This document shows positions 38,083 to 49,318 of a DNA stretch of 64,000 nt, in pieces. Below the pieces are notes generated by a model. It did no database searches and was not told where the DNA came from. It saw only the letters and a program-made list of their open reading frames with translations. The stretch's first letter is position 1, and each line of letters starts with the position of its first letter. The stretch is from the NCBI GenBank assembly GCA_905182255.1, contig CAJJAH010000002.1, positions 12,069 through 76,068 on the forward strand, given 5' to 3'. The DNA comes from Cryomorphaceae bacterium BACL11 MAG-121001-bin54 (GTDB lineage Bacteria > Bacteroidota > Bacteroidia > Flavobacteriales > BACL11). A program made the position numbers and the translations under genes.

Positions 38083-41000
38083 ATGAAACGTATATTACTT
38101 TTTTTATTATTATCAATTTTTTCATTCAACTTATCTGCTTCGCATTTTGTAGGAGGTGAAATCACATGGGAATGTAATACTGACCCTTTAAGTGTTGATT
38201 ACGGAAAGTATACATTCTTTTTAACGATTTATCAAGATTGTGACGGAATAGACTTCAGTTCTTCTTATGATATTACTGTTCATAATCATCCTTCTTTATC
38301 TTCAATTAATTTACCTTTAATATCTACATCTGATATCTCGCCAACTGGTATAGCTAGTTCTGTGCCTTGTTATAATTGTGATAATCAGCCTTTTGGTGGA
38401 TTTGGAGCTGTTAAGCAATGGAGCTATGTTTCTTCGCCGATTACTATTATAGGAACTCCTCCTGCAAATGGATGGCATTTTACCTGGGGTTCATGTTGTA
38501 GAAGTGGAGCAATAGTGAACATACCAACTCCAGATAGCGAAGATTGGACTGTAAGATCAGTTATGTATCCTTATACTGACCCTAATGGAAACGTTTTTCC
38601 TAATGGAAATTTGTGTCATGATAACTCTCCAATCTTTAAGGAAGAGCCTAAATCAATTTTATGTACAGGTTATCCATTTTCGTATAGTCATCTAGCTTTT
38701 GATGTTGAACTTGATTCATTAAGCTACAGCTGGGCAGAACCTTTGGACGATAATTTTAATTATAATCCAGCTAACCCAAGTGCAAGTGCATTAACATATT
38801 CTCCTCCTTACACAGTCAATTCGCCAATTCCAGGTAATCCAACTTTGAATAATGAAAATGGTGAAATCTCATTTCTTTCATTTACATCAGGAGTTTTTGT
38901 TACAGTGATAAAAGTTGAAGCTTTTAAATGCGGACAACTAGTTGCAGAAGTATTTAGAGACGTTAATGTTGCACTTTTAGGCTGTGGAACGTTACCAAAT
39001 GGTGCACAAAATTTACCACCTGTAATTACAGCTCCATTAGGACCCCAAGATTGGATTACAAATTTAAATATTTCAACCGGATTACCTTCTTACGAAACTA
39101 CAATTATGGCTGGTGAATTAGTAAGTTTCTCAGTAGTTGCTACAGATAATGATATAAATACAACAGGTAATTTGCAAGGATTATCTTTAGAAGTTGAGGG
39201 TGGACAATTGGATCCTGCTTACGCTTTAAGTAATCCAGCAACATTTACTGTTATATCTTCAACTCCAGGAAATATATCTGGAGATTTTTTATGGCAGTCA
39301 AACTGTGATCATATGCAAGACTATGGGTGTGGTAGACAAGGAGGAGCCTTTACTTTTAATATGAAAGCTTACGATGATTTTTGCCCAGCAAATGGAATTG
39401 TAATAGCAACTATTACAATTAATGTAATTCCACCTAGACCTGATTTGAGATGTCTTGCAGTCGATTCTATTGGAGGAGTAGAATTATCTTTTGTTTTCCC
39501 TGAAGGTGTCGTAGATACAAATATTAAATATGATATTTATCATTCAAAACAATTTGCAGGAAATTATATTTTACTTGACAGTGTCTATTATCCAGAAACT
39601 AATTATTTACATATTAATTCTAATGCTAATACTTCTCAAAGTTTTTATTATTTATTAGGCACAGTAAATTGTGGAACAGGAATTTCAGGAGGAAATGATT
39701 CTCTTTTGTTTTCCGATACTTTAAGTACGATTTTAATGAATTCAACTGCTGTTAATATGGGCGTTACAGCTGACCTGAACTGGAACTCGATGCATGATCC
39801 ATTAATAACTTCATCATCAACAGATTACTTCTTGCATTATGTTAATAATGATGATATTGATATTGTTTTTTCAATACTAACAGATACTTTTTCTCAATTT
39901 GATGGAGATCACTGCGATTACATTCCTGGTTTTTATGTAGAGATTTCTGATGCTAGTGGATGTACTTCAAAATCATCTGTCTCTTCGCTAAATTTATTAG
40001 ATACTATATCTCCTCAAAAAGTAGTTATTAAAGATGTATCTGTTAATCCATTAGGTAAGTCAGTCATTAGTTGGCTTCCATCTACAGGGACAGATTATTA
40101 TATTGTTTACATGGAGGATGATAATGGGGCTTGGATAACTATTGATACTGTTCCTTTATCTATTAATTCTTATGAAATTACTAGTTCTTCAGCTTTTCAA
40201 AAAATAGAAAAATTTAGTGTCAGGGCAGTTGATAGCTGTGGAAACACAAGAGAAAGATCCTTAGGTCATAATTCTATTTTCTTGCAAAATAGTTCTGATG
40301 TATGTGACTATTCAATTTCATTAAATTGGAATAATTATATAAATTGGATAAATGGCGTTAGTCATTATAAAGTTTTTTTGTTAGAAATAGATCAAAATAA
40401 TGTTTCTATTGATTCTGAAATAAGAGTTTCAACAGATACAGAATTACTACTAAATAATATTAATTCACAATCTAATTATTCTGTTTATATTCAAGCATAC
40501 AATATTGACTCAACTTTCATTGCAAAATCAAATGTTTTAAATCTTGATATTGACATTCCAAATAGGCCAATATTTAATTATTTAGAATTTGCTACAGTTA
40601 ATCTTGATAATGGATTAATTGAAATAAATTGTATGGTTGATAATAATGCAGTTATTGATCATTACGACATTTATAGAACTGAAGAATTTGATATTAATGG
40701 TGTGGGCTTAAATTTCTCTAAAATTGATGAAGTTACTTTCGAAGGAAATTCAAATTTTATTTATATTGATAATTCAGCAAATTCAAATATAAAATCATAT
40801 AGATATAAAGTTTATCCAGTAGATACCTGTGGAGTTAGTTTAACTCCTCCGACTGTAAATAGTCCTTCTTACTTAAATGATATTTCATATGCTCAAACAA
40901 TTCTACTTAATTTAGAAAAGAATATTGATTATTCAGATATTTCAACTTTATCAAGTGAGTATACAAATACTTTATTTTTTAATGAATATGAAAAATGGCT

Positions 41001-41526
41001 AGGAGAGGTTTCTAAATATGAATTATACCGATCAGTAAATAATGAACCGTTTAATCTATTACCAATACACACATGGAATAGAAATACTAATTCAGATGAA
41101 GAGTTAAATTACATTGATATTGTAACAAATGAAGGGAAAGGAAATGGTAAATTCTGTTACTATATTAAGGCTAGTGAAGGAAATAACACACCATATGGAT
41201 CTACTCTCTTAGGTAGTTATTCTAATATTACATGCATATCACAAACTCCGGTTATTTATGTACCTAATACATTCACACCTAATAGTGATGACCACAATGA
41301 AATTTTCAAACCATTTACGTATTTTGTTTCTGAAAAGGGTTATTTATTTTCAATTTACAATAAGCAAGGAATAAAATTATTTGAAACAAATAACCCACTA
41401 AAAGGGTGGGATGGAACATTTAAGAATTATCCAGTTCAAAATGATAATTATGTTTATTATTTAAAATACATAAATGGTGTTAGTGAACTAACTGAAAATA
41501 CTGGAGTTATTACTCTAGTAAGATAA
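38083..41526 (+). CDS. Large secreted protein with a T9SS type-B (gliding-motility-associated) C-terminal domain
   Basis: Signal peptide then ASHFVGGEITW; CCR motif; FN3-like repeats; C-terminal YVPNTFTPN.D..NE.F...WDG...Y.Y...G.ITLVR. Confidence 0.9.
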   Translation: MKRILLFLLLSIFSFNLSASHFVGGEITWECNTDPLSVDYGKYTFFLTIYQDCDGIDFSSSYDITVHNHPSLSSINLPLISTSDISPTGIASSVPCYNCDNQPFGGFGAVKQWSYVSSPITIIGTPPANGWHFTWGSCCRSGAIVNIPTPDSEDWTVRSVMYPYTDPNGNVFPNGNLCHDNSPIFKEEPKSILCTGYPFSYSHLAFDVELDSLSYSWAEPLDDNFNYNPANPSASALTYSPPYTVNSPIPGNPTLNNENGEISFLSFTSGVFVTVIKVEAFKCGQLVAEVFRDVNVALLGCGTLPNGAQNLPPVITAPLGPQDWITNLNISTGLPSYETTIMAGELVSFSVVATDNDINTTGNLQGLSLEVEGGQLDPAYALSNPATFTVISSTPGNISGDFLWQSNCDHMQDYGCGRQGGAFTFNMKAYDDFCPANGIVIATITINVIPPRPDLRCLAVDSIGGVELSFVFPEGVVDTNIKYDIYHSKQFAGNYILLDSVYYPETNYLHINSNANTSQSFYYLLGTVNCGTGISGGNDSLLFSDTLSTILMNSTAVNMGVTADLNWNSMHDPLITSSSTDYFLHYVNNDDIDIVFSILTDTFSQFDGDHCDYIPGFYVEISDASGCTSKSSVSSLNLLDTISPQKVVIKDVSVNPLGKSVISWLPSTGTDYYIVYMEDDNGAWITIDTVPLSINSYEITSSSAFQKIEKFSVRAVDSCGNTRERSLGHNSIFLQNSSDVCDYSISLNWNNYINWINGVSHYKVFLLEIDQNNVSIDSEIRVSTDTELLLNNINSQSNYSVYIQAYNIDSTFIAKSNVLNLDIDIPNRPIFNYLEFATVNLDNGLIEINCMVDNNAVIDHYDIYRTEEFDINGVGLNFSKIDEVTFEGNSNFIYIDNSANSNIKSYRYKVYPVDTCGVSLTPPTVNSPSYLNDISYAQTILLNLEKNIDYSDISTLSSEYTNTLFFNEYEKWLGEVSKYELYRSVNNEPFNLLPIHTWNRNTNSDEELNYIDIVTNEGKGNGKFCYYIKASEGNNTPYGSTLLGSYSNITCISQTPVIYVPNTFTPNSDDHNEIFKPFTYFVSEKGYLFSIYNKQGIKLFETNNPLKGWDGTFKNYPVQNDNYVYYLKYINGVSELTENTGVITLVR

Positions 41527-41542
41527 ATCAAGTTAAGCTTTG

Positions 41543-41573
41543 TAAAATAGTCTCTTTTAAAGAGACTATTTTA
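41543..41573. terminator. Intrinsic terminator-like inverted repeat after the T9SS gene
   Basis: taaaatagtctcttt-t-aaagagactatttta, 15-nt arms. Confidence 0.75.
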
Positions 41574-41618
41574 TTATATAATATGTTAATTTTGCAAACT
41601 TATTTAAATACTGCAACT

Positions 41619-43079
41619 ATGAATAATAAAATAATGAAAGAGGGACTAACCTACGATGATGTTTTAGTAATCCCTGCATATTCTGAAGTATTACCTAGCA
41701 TGGTGAGTACAAATACTCAATTTACAAAAAATATTAATTTAAAAATTCCAATTGTTTCTGCAGCAATGGACACTGTTACAGAATCTAGAATGGCAATTGC
41801 AATAGCACAAGAAGGAGGAATTGGAGTTTTACATAAAAATATGAGTATTGAACATCAAGCTCTAGAAGTTAGAAAAGTAAAACGTTCAGAGAGCGGAATG
41901 ATTCTTGATCCAATCACATTAACTTTATCTGCAACTGTGGGAGATGCATTTGCTTTAATGCGCGAAAATAAAATTGGAGGCATTCCTATTGTTGATAAAG
42001 ATTTAAAGCTTTTAGGAATTATAACTAATAGAGATTTAAGATTTGAAAAAGATATGAATCTTTCTATTTCTGCTGTAATGACAACATCAAAATTAGTTAC
42101 TACAGAATTAAAAGATTTAAAAAATGCAGAAAGCATTTTAAAAGAAAATAAAATTGAAAAACTACCTATTGTTAATTCTGAAAATAAACTTGTAGGGTTA
42201 ATTACATTTAAAGATATAATAAAAAACAGAATGCGTCCTAATGCTTGTAAGGATCAATATGGTAGATTAAGAGTTTCAGCTGCTGTAGGTGTAACAGATG
42301 ATGTATTAGAAAGAGTTAAAGCTCTTTATAATGTTTCTATAGATGCTATTATTATTGATACTGCTCACGGACACACCAAAGGAGTTGTTGATGTTCTTAA
42401 AAAAATTAAATTAAATTTTCCTAAATTAGATGTTGTAGTAGGTAATATTGCTACTGGATCTGCTGCTAAAGCATTAATTGAAGCTGGAGCGGATGCAGTA
42501 AAAGTTGGTATAGGTCCAGGATCAATTTGTACAACTAGAGTTGTAGCAGGAATTGGTGTTCCGCAATTAACAGCTATTATGGATGTTGCTGAAGTTACAA
42601 ATAAATATAATATTCCATTAATAGCTGATGGTGGTATAAGATATTCAGGAGATATAGTGAAAGCTTTTGCAGGAGGAGCTAATACAGTAATGCTAGGATC
42701 TATAATTGCTGGAGTTGAAGAGGCTCCAGGAGAAACAATTATTTTTGAAGGTAGAAAATTTAAAACCTACAGAGGTATGGGATCAATTGATGCCATGCAA
42801 GATGGTTCTAAAGATAGGTATTTCCAAAGTGGTGAAGTAGATGTTAAAAAATTGGTGCCTGAAGGAATTGTTGGAAGGGTAGCTTATAAAGGAACCTTGA
42901 GAGAAGTGATTCATCAAATGATGGGTGGCTTAAGAGCGGGTATGGGTTATACTGGTTCTGCAACAATAAAGGATTTAAGTAAAGCTGAGTTCTTAAAAAT
43001 CACGTCAGCTGGGGTAACAGAAAGTCATCCTCATGATGTGACAATTACTAAGGAAGCTCCAAATTATAGTAGAAAATAA
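41619..43079 (+). CDS. guaB: IMP dehydrogenase
   Basis: GLTYDDV, VSAAMDTVTE, CBS pair, GIGPGSICTT, YRGMGS. Start placed downstream of the TAATTTTG promoter (41587-41594). Confidence 0.97.
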   Translation: MNNKIMKEGLTYDDVLVIPAYSEVLPSMVSTNTQFTKNINLKIPIVSAAMDTVTESRMAIAIAQEGGIGVLHKNMSIEHQALEVRKVKRSESGMILDPITLTLSATVGDAFALMRENKIGGIPIVDKDLKLLGIITNRDLRFEKDMNLSISAVMTTSKLVTTELKDLKNAESILKENKIEKLPIVNSENKLVGLITFKDIIKNRMRPNACKDQYGRLRVSAAVGVTDDVLERVKALYNVSIDAIIIDTAHGHTKGVVDVLKKIKLNFPKLDVVVGNIATGSAAKALIEAGADAVKVGIGPGSICTTRVVAGIGVPQLTAIMDVAEVTNKYNIPLIADGGIRYSGDIVKAFAGGANTVMLGSIIAGVEEAPGETIIFEGRKFKTYRGMGSIDAMQDGSKDRYFQSGEVDVKKLVPEGIVGRVAYKGTLREVIHQMMGGLRAGMGYTGSATIKDLSKAEFLKITSAGVTESHPHDVTITKEAPNYSRK

Positions 43080-43096
43080 AATTTAAATTAAAAAAA

Positions 43097-45022
43097 ATGA
43101 AAAAAATTATACTAAGTTTTTTATTCAGTGCTAGTGCACTGGTAATTATTGCTCAGAATGTGTTAACAATCGATGATCAAAATATATCGTTAGATGAATT
43201 TAAAAATATTTTTTATAAGAACAATAATAATATAGAATTCACAAAAGAATATTTAGATGAGTACATGAATTTATTTGTTAATTTTAAATTAAAAGTCAAG
43301 GAAGCATATGATTTAAATTTAGATACTATTCTTGCATTTAAAACTGAGTTAGATGGATATAAAAAACAATTAGCAAAACCATATTTGAAAAATAAGAAGT
43401 TTGATAATAATATGCTATCTGAAGCTTATGAGAGAATGAAACAAGACATTAAAGTTAGTCACATTTTAATTGCACTTGATGAAACTTCTTCTATTCAAAA
43501 AGAGAAACTGGCTTATGATAAAATTCTATCAATTCGATCATCAATTTTAGATAGTTCCATTTCTTTCGAAACTGCTGCAAAAAATAATTCAGATGATAAA
43601 TCAGCTTTAGCTAATGGAGGTGATTTAAGTTACTTTACTGCGTTTATGATGGTGTATAATTTTGAGTCTGCAGCTTACTCCACAAAAATTGGTGAAATCT
43701 CAATGCCTATTAGAACTAAATATGGCTATCACATCATTTCAGTTACTGACAAACGTAAGGCTTCAGGAGAAGTTAAAGTTGCACATATTATGTTTAAATC
43801 AGGTGAAGGATCAGATAATAATAAAATAAATGAAGCGAAAGATAATATTTATAAAATAGCTGAACTGCTTAAAAATGGTGAAGTATTTTCTGATGTTGCT
43901 GAGCGTTTTTCAGAAGATCGATCAACTGCTGTGAAAGGTGGTAATCTTCCAGCATTTGGTGTTGGAAAAATGGTGCCAGAATTTGAATTAGCTGCATTTG
44001 GATTAAAGGAAATAGGTGAAGTTTCTTCTCCTTTTCGCACTCAATATGGATGGCATATAATAACTTTATTAGAAAGAAAAGGAATTCCTTCTTTTGAAGA
44101 GATAAAATCAGAGCTAAAAAGGAAAATTGAAAGTGATTCTAGAGGTGAGTTAAGTAAAGTGGCTTTATATGCTAAACTTCGTAAAACTTATAAAGTTAAA
44201 AACAATCCACAAGTTTATACAGCTTTTCGTAAAAATTCTGCAAATGCAATAGCTTTAGGAAAATTTAAATCTTTTTCTAAAGGTAATTCTAAACTAGTTA
44301 CTATTAATGGAAAATCAATTTATGTCAGTTCATTTATAAATTTTATTTTAATTAATCAAAAGTTAGGAAGTAATATTGATAATATGTATTTAGATTTTGT
44401 TAATGAGGAATTATTAATATATGAGGAAAGTCAATTGGAGATAAAATATCCTGAATACAAAGCACTATTACAAGAATATCGCGAAGGCATTTTGCTTTTT
44501 GATTTAACAAATGCTAAAGTATGGAATAAGGCAGTTGAAGATACTGTTGGATTACAAAGTTTCTATAATTCAAATATAAACAATTACAAATGGGAAGAAA
44601 GAGTTGATGCTTCAATATACAGATGTATTGATTTAGTGACTGCTAAGACAGTAAAAAGAGCAATACACAAAAAACATAGAGGTAATATTAACAATGCTGA
44701 AATATTAATCAAAGCAAATGAAGGAGCACCTTTAAGTTTACAAATAAATTCCAAGAAATTTGTTAAAGGAGAAAATAAGTATATTGATTCTATAAATTGG
44801 AAAGTAGGTATATCTAAAGACATAAAGACGAGTGATGGTAGTTATATAATTATTGATATTAACGAAGTACTTGAACCTAGATCAAAAACCTTAAATGAAA
44901 ACAGAGGAAAAGTTATTTCTGATTATCAGAATATTCTTGAGAAAGAGTGGATTGTTTTATTGAAAGAAAAATACAAAGTTAAAGTAAATAAAGATGTATT
45001 ATATAAACTTATTAAACAATAG
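43097..45022 (+). CDS. Periplasmic parvulin-type peptidyl-prolyl isomerase with two PpiC domains
   Basis: VSHIL...SDD...GGDL; VAHIM...SED...GGNL; T.YG.HII twice. Confidence 0.9.
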   Translation: MKKIILSFLFSASALVIIAQNVLTIDDQNISLDEFKNIFYKNNNNIEFTKEYLDEYMNLFVNFKLKVKEAYDLNLDTILAFKTELDGYKKQLAKPYLKNKKFDNNMLSEAYERMKQDIKVSHILIALDETSSIQKEKLAYDKILSIRSSILDSSISFETAAKNNSDDKSALANGGDLSYFTAFMMVYNFESAAYSTKIGEISMPIRTKYGYHIISVTDKRKASGEVKVAHIMFKSGEGSDNNKINEAKDNIYKIAELLKNGEVFSDVAERFSEDRSTAVKGGNLPAFGVGKMVPEFELAAFGLKEIGEVSSPFRTQYGWHIITLLERKGIPSFEEIKSELKRKIESDSRGELSKVALYAKLRKTYKVKNNPQVYTAFRKNSANAIALGKFKSFSKGNSKLVTINGKSIYVSSFINFILINQKLGSNIDNMYLDFVNEELLIYEESQLEIKYPEYKALLQEYREGILLFDLTNAKVWNKAVEDTVGLQSFYNSNINNYKWEERVDASIYRCIDLVTAKTVKRAIHKKHRGNINNAEILIKANEGAPLSLQINSKKFVKGENKYIDSINWKVGISKDIKTSDGSYIIIDINEVLEPRSKTLNENRGKVISDYQNILEKEWIVLLKEKYKVKVNKDVLYKLIKQ

Positions 45023-45859
45023 ATGAGTAAACAACAAATTTTTTTAATATTAGTATTTCTTACTTTTAGTGTTTCATGTTATAATAATAATGATAAACTA
45101 ATCATTGCTAGTGTTAATGAAAAAAAATTACTTTTATCAGAAGTAACAAAAGAAATGCCTAAAGAAATTGAAGATAGCACTTTTTTTATTGACCAATACA
45201 TGAACCTTTGGATAAGAAAACAATTAATGATTTATCACGCCGAAATAAATTTAAATAGTGATTTATTAGACTATGAGACACAGATTTCAGAGTATCGTTC
45301 TTCTCTTTTAATTTATGCGTATCAACAAGAACTGATCAATCAGAATTTTGATACAAGTATTTCATTAAAAGAAGTGTCACACTATTATAATATATACAAA
45401 GAGGATTTTAAACTATTTAAAAATATATTTAAGGGAAGGTATATTGTACTAGATAAATCTGCTCCAAAATTAAAAAGTTTTGAAAAATGGTATAAATCAG
45501 AAGACCCCAAAGATTTAGAAAGATTAGCAGATTATTGTAATCAATTTGCAAAAGAATACTATTTATCAGATACGAGTTGGCAATATTTTTCCAGAATTAA
45601 CAACAAATTACCAAAACTTATAAATGAAGAAGAATATTTTTTAAAGAATACTAAAAGTATTTGGTTTGAAGACATTCAATATCGTCATTATATTTACATT
45701 AAAAATTATCAAATAAAAGGAAGTGTTAGTCCGTTAACACTGGAAAGTGAAAAAATTCGTAACGTTTTACTAAATAAAAACAAAATACAATATTTAAAGC
45801 AACTTGAGGATGAATTATATCAGAATGCTTTAGATTTGAAAAAAATTAAAATATACTAA
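45023..45859 (+). CDS. Lipoprotein of the PPIase cluster (SurA N-terminal-like)
   Basis: Lipobox SVSC; IASVNEK.L; WI..QL; Y...LLIY.YQQ.L. Confidence 0.7.
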   Translation: MSKQQIFLILVFLTFSVSCYNNNDKLIIASVNEKKLLLSEVTKEMPKEIEDSTFFIDQYMNLWIRKQLMIYHAEINLNSDLLDYETQISEYRSSLLIYAYQQELINQNFDTSISLKEVSHYYNIYKEDFKLFKNIFKGRYIVLDKSAPKLKSFEKWYKSEDPKDLERLADYCNQFAKEYYLSDTSWQYFSRINNKLPKLINEEEYFLKNTKSIWFEDIQYRHYIYIKNYQIKGSVSPLTLESEKIRNVLLNKNKIQYLKQLEDELYQNALDLKKIKIY

Positions 45860-47184
45860 TGAATAAATTATCTTTCTTTCTATTTTTACTCCTAACCAGT
45901 TTTGGTTTATCAGCTCAATCAATTGATAAAATAGAAGCAGTAATTGGTGAAGAAATCATTCTTACATCAGAAATTGAGTCACAATATCTACAGTTCCTAT
46001 CTCAAGGAAACACAAGTTCAAATAATATTAGATGTCAAATTGTAGAGGATTTATTATTTCAAAAGCTTTTAGTAAACCAAGCAAAGTTTGATAGTTTAAT
46101 TGTCTCTAATGATGAAGTTGAAGATGAAGTTAGTAAACGACTAACTTATTTTGAAAATCAATTAGGCTCTTTACAAAAAGTAGAGAATTATTTTGGGAAA
46201 TCTAAAACAAAAATAAAAATTGAACTTTCAAAAGTTATAAAAGATCAATTTATGGCACAAAAGATGCAGACTAAATTAACTTCATCAATAAAGGTAACCC
46301 CGTCAGAAGTAAAAGAATCCTATGAATTACTTTCTGATACTGATATCCCAATTATGCCAACTCAAGTAGAAGTTGCTCAAATCGTTATTAAGCCAGAAAT
46401 TACAGATAATCAAAAAGATAACATCAGAAAAAAACTAAATAGCTTTAGAGATAGAGTCTATAAAGGAGAAGATTTTAAAATGTTAGCTACATTATATTCA
46501 GATGACCCTGGATCAGCAACAAAAGGGGGAGAACTTGGCTTTGTAAATAGAGGGGATTTAGTTCCTGAATTTGAAAGAGCTGCTTTTCGTTTAAAAGAGG
46601 GTGAAATTTCAGAAATTGTAGAATCAAAATTTGGATATCATATTGTACAGTTAATTGAAAGAAGAGGAGAGCAAATTAATGTAAGACATATTCTTATTAA
46701 AACAAAAGTAACAGCTACAGCTTTATATGCTGCAAAAACTAAAATGGATAGTATTGCAAAAGAAATAAATGAAGAAAAAATTACTTTTGACAACGCTGTA
46801 ATTAAATATTCTGATGATGAAAATAAGAACAATGGAGGATTGCTATTAAATCCAAATACTATGTCTAATTCTCATACGCTTGAAGATATGGCTCCAGCTT
46901 TAAGATTAGTAGTTAATAAATTAATTGAAAATCAAGTTTCTTCTCCTACTGTTATACAAATGGAAGACGAAAATAAAGCTTATCGTATTTTAAGGCTTAA
47001 CAGTAGATCCGAAGAGCATAAAGCAAACTTAGTTGATGATTTTGCAAAAATTAAAGAATATTCAATAAATACTAAGAAACAATTGATACTTGAAAAATGG
47101 TCAAATAAAGCAATTGCAAATACCTATATAAGATTATCTTATGATTTATCAAACTGTGAGTTAGCAAAAAAATGGAGTAAATAA
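45859..47184 (+). CDS. surA: SurA-like chaperone/PPIase
   Basis: IDKIEAVIGEEIIL.SE; VTPSEV; YSDDPGS...GGELG; FGYHIVQ; VRHIL. Confidence 0.85.
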   Translation: MNKLSFFLFLLLTSFGLSAQSIDKIEAVIGEEIILTSEIESQYLQFLSQGNTSSNNIRCQIVEDLLFQKLLVNQAKFDSLIVSNDEVEDEVSKRLTYFENQLGSLQKVENYFGKSKTKIKIELSKVIKDQFMAQKMQTKLTSSIKVTPSEVKESYELLSDTDIPIMPTQVEVAQIVIKPEITDNQKDNIRKKLNSFRDRVYKGEDFKMLATLYSDDPGSATKGGELGFVNRGDLVPEFERAAFRLKEGEISEIVESKFGYHIVQLIERRGEQINVRHILIKTKVTATALYAAKTKMDSIAKEINEEKITFDNAVIKYSDDENKNNGGLLLNPNTMSNSHTLEDMAPALRLVVNKLIENQVSSPTVIQMEDENKAYRILRLNSRSEEHKANLVDDFAKIKEYSINTKKQLILEKWSNKAIANTYIRLSYDLSNCELAKKWSK

Positions 47185-47185
47185 T

Positions 47186-48142
47186 ATGAATAATGAAGTT
47201 AATGAAATAGATAAATTTGTTGTTAAATACAATGAATTTAAGAATGAAATAGCAAAGATTATAGTTGGACAGGATGCTGTTATTCAACAAGTATTGATAT
47301 CTATTTTCTGTAATGGACATTGTCTTTTAGTAGGTGTTCCTGGTTTAGCAAAAACCTTACTGGTACAAACTATTTCTGATTCTTTAGGTCTTAATTTTAA
47401 CCGTATTCAGTTTACACCCGACTTAATGCCTTCAGATATTGTTGGCGCTGAAATACTAGACGAAAACAGAAATTTTAAATTTGTAAAAGGACCATTATTT
47501 GCTAATATTATTCTTGCAGATGAGATAAATCGTACACCTCCTAAAACTCAATCAGCTTTGCTGGAAGCTATGCAGGAAAGATCTGTAACCAACTCAGGAA
47601 ATAAATATGAACTGGATAAACCTTTCTTTGTTTTAGCAACTCAAAACCCTATTGAACAAGAAGGAACTTATCCATTACCTGAAGCACAACTTGATAGATT
47701 TATGTTTAATGTAATTTTAGATTACCCTTCATTCGAAGAAGAACTTCAGATTGTTAAACAAACTACTGTTAAGAATAATGTTCATTTAAATACCATTATG
47801 ACTGCAAATGAAATTTTGGAATGTCAGGAAGTTATTACAAAATTACCCGTAACTAACAATGTATTAGAATACAGTGTTAATTTAGTTGCTAAAACTAGAC
47901 CAAAATCAGAAAAAGCTGCTGAATTAGTGAAACAATATATTGAATGGGGTGCTGGACCTAGAGCATCTCAGTTTATGCTTATGGCCGCTAAGTGTCATGC
48001 AGCAATAAATGGAAAGTATGCTCCTGACATTGAAGATGTAAAAGCTGTTGCTAAGCCAATTTTACGACATAGAATTGTTATGAATTATAAAGCAGAAGCA
48101 GAAGGAATGAGTGTAGATAAAATTATCGAATCAATACTCTAA
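47186..48142 (+). CDS. MoxR family AAA+ ATPase
   Basis: GVPGLAKT, RIQFTPDLMPSD, DEINR, ATQNPIEQEGTYPLPEAQLDRF. Confidence 0.95.
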   Translation: MNNEVNEIDKFVVKYNEFKNEIAKIIVGQDAVIQQVLISIFCNGHCLLVGVPGLAKTLLVQTISDSLGLNFNRIQFTPDLMPSDIVGAEILDENRNFKFVKGPLFANIILADEINRTPPKTQSALLEAMQERSVTNSGNKYELDKPFFVLATQNPIEQEGTYPLPEAQLDRFMFNVILDYPSFEEELQIVKQTTVKNNVHLNTIMTANEILECQEVITKLPVTNNVLEYSVNLVAKTRPKSEKAAELVKQYIEWGAGPRASQFMLMAAKCHAAINGKYAPDIEDVKAVAKPILRHRIVMNYKAEAEGMSVDKIIESIL

Positions 48143-48702
48143 TGATATTACCAATAGTAGCTTTCGGATCAGCAGTTTTAAGAAAAAAATGTTCTAATAT
48201 TTCCTCAGACTACCCTGAAATTGATACAATTCTTGCAAATATGTGGGAAACAATGTATGAAGCTAATGGTGTAGGTTTAGCGGCTCCTCAAATTAATAAA
48301 GGGATACGCCTTTTTTTAATTGATACAACACCTTTTTTTGAAGAAGAAAATGAAGAAAATGAGGTAATTGTTAAGCAAGCATTTATAAATGCTAGAATTA
48401 TTGAAGAATCGGGTGATGAATGGGAATTTAACGAGGGCTGTTTGTCTATTCCTGATTTAAGAGAAGATGTTATTAGAAAGTCAATAATTAAGATTGAATA
48501 TCTTGATGAAAACTTTAAGAAACATATTAAAACTTATGATGGTTTAACTGCTAGGGTTATACAACATGAATATGACCATATTAATGGAATTCTTTTTACA
48601 GATAAATTAACAGCATTACGTAAAAGAATGATTAAAGGAAAACTAATAGATATAAGTAAAGGTAGAGTTAGTGCTAAATATAAAATGCGATTTCCTAGGT
48701 GA
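48142..48702 (+). CDS. def: Peptide deformylase
   Basis: GVGLAAPQ, EGCLSIP, QHEYDH. Confidence 0.97.
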   Translation: MILPIVAFGSAVLRKKCSNISSDYPEIDTILANMWETMYEANGVGLAAPQINKGIRLFLIDTTPFFEEENEENEVIVKQAFINARIIEESGDEWEFNEGCLSIPDLREDVIRKSIIKIEYLDENFKKHIKTYDGLTARVIQHEYDHINGILFTDKLTALRKRMIKGKLIDISKGRVSAKYKMRFPR

Positions 48703-48703
48703 A

Positions 48704-49315
48704 TTATTTTACTAAAACCGTAAGCATCTCTTGTTTACTAATAAATCCCTTTAATTTATCTCCAGATTTCACAGATCCAACTCCTTCAGGAGTTCCAGTA
48801 TAAATTAAATCTCCAATTTTTAAAGTGTAAAATTTTGATATATAAGAAATAATAAAATCAAAGTTAAAACACATATCTTTACTGTTTCCTATTTGTACTT
48901 GTTTTGAATTCTTATGTAAACTAAAAGAAATGTTATTTAAATCCAAATTTGATTTATCTATAAATACTCTACTAATTTGAGCTGAACCATCAAATCCTTT
49001 CGCTTTTTCCCAAGGAAGACCTTTTTTCTTACATTCTTTCTGAATATCTCTTGCAGTAAAATCAATTCCTAACCCAATCTCGGAATAATAGTTGTGTGCA
49101 AAACGTTCTTCAATGTGTTTTCCTGCTTTATTTATTCTAATTACTAATTCGACTTCATAGTGAATGTCATTCGAGAAAAAAGGAATGAAAAATGGGTGCC
49201 CCTTGGGCTGTATTGCAGTATTAGGTTTTAGAAAGAATAAAGGCTCAATAGGTAAAGAATTACCTAATTCCTTAGCATGATTTATGTAATTACGACCAAT
49301 GCAAATTATTTTCAT
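48704..49315 (-). CDS. Fumarylacetoacetate hydrolase family protein
   Basis: KIICIGRNY..H, HYEVEL, DFTARD, KGFD, TGTPEGVG. Confidence 0.92.
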   Translation of the reverse strand: MKIICIGRNYINHAKELGNSLPIEPLFFLKPNTAIQPKGHPFFIPFFSNDIHYEVELVIRINKAGKHIEERFAHNYYSEIGLGIDFTARDIQKECKKKGLPWEKAKGFDGSAQISRVFIDKSNLDLNNISFSLHKNSKQVQIGNSKDMCFNFDFIISYISKFYTLKIGDLIYTGTPEGVGSVKSGDKLKGFISKQEMLTVLVK

Positions 49316-49318
49316 GTG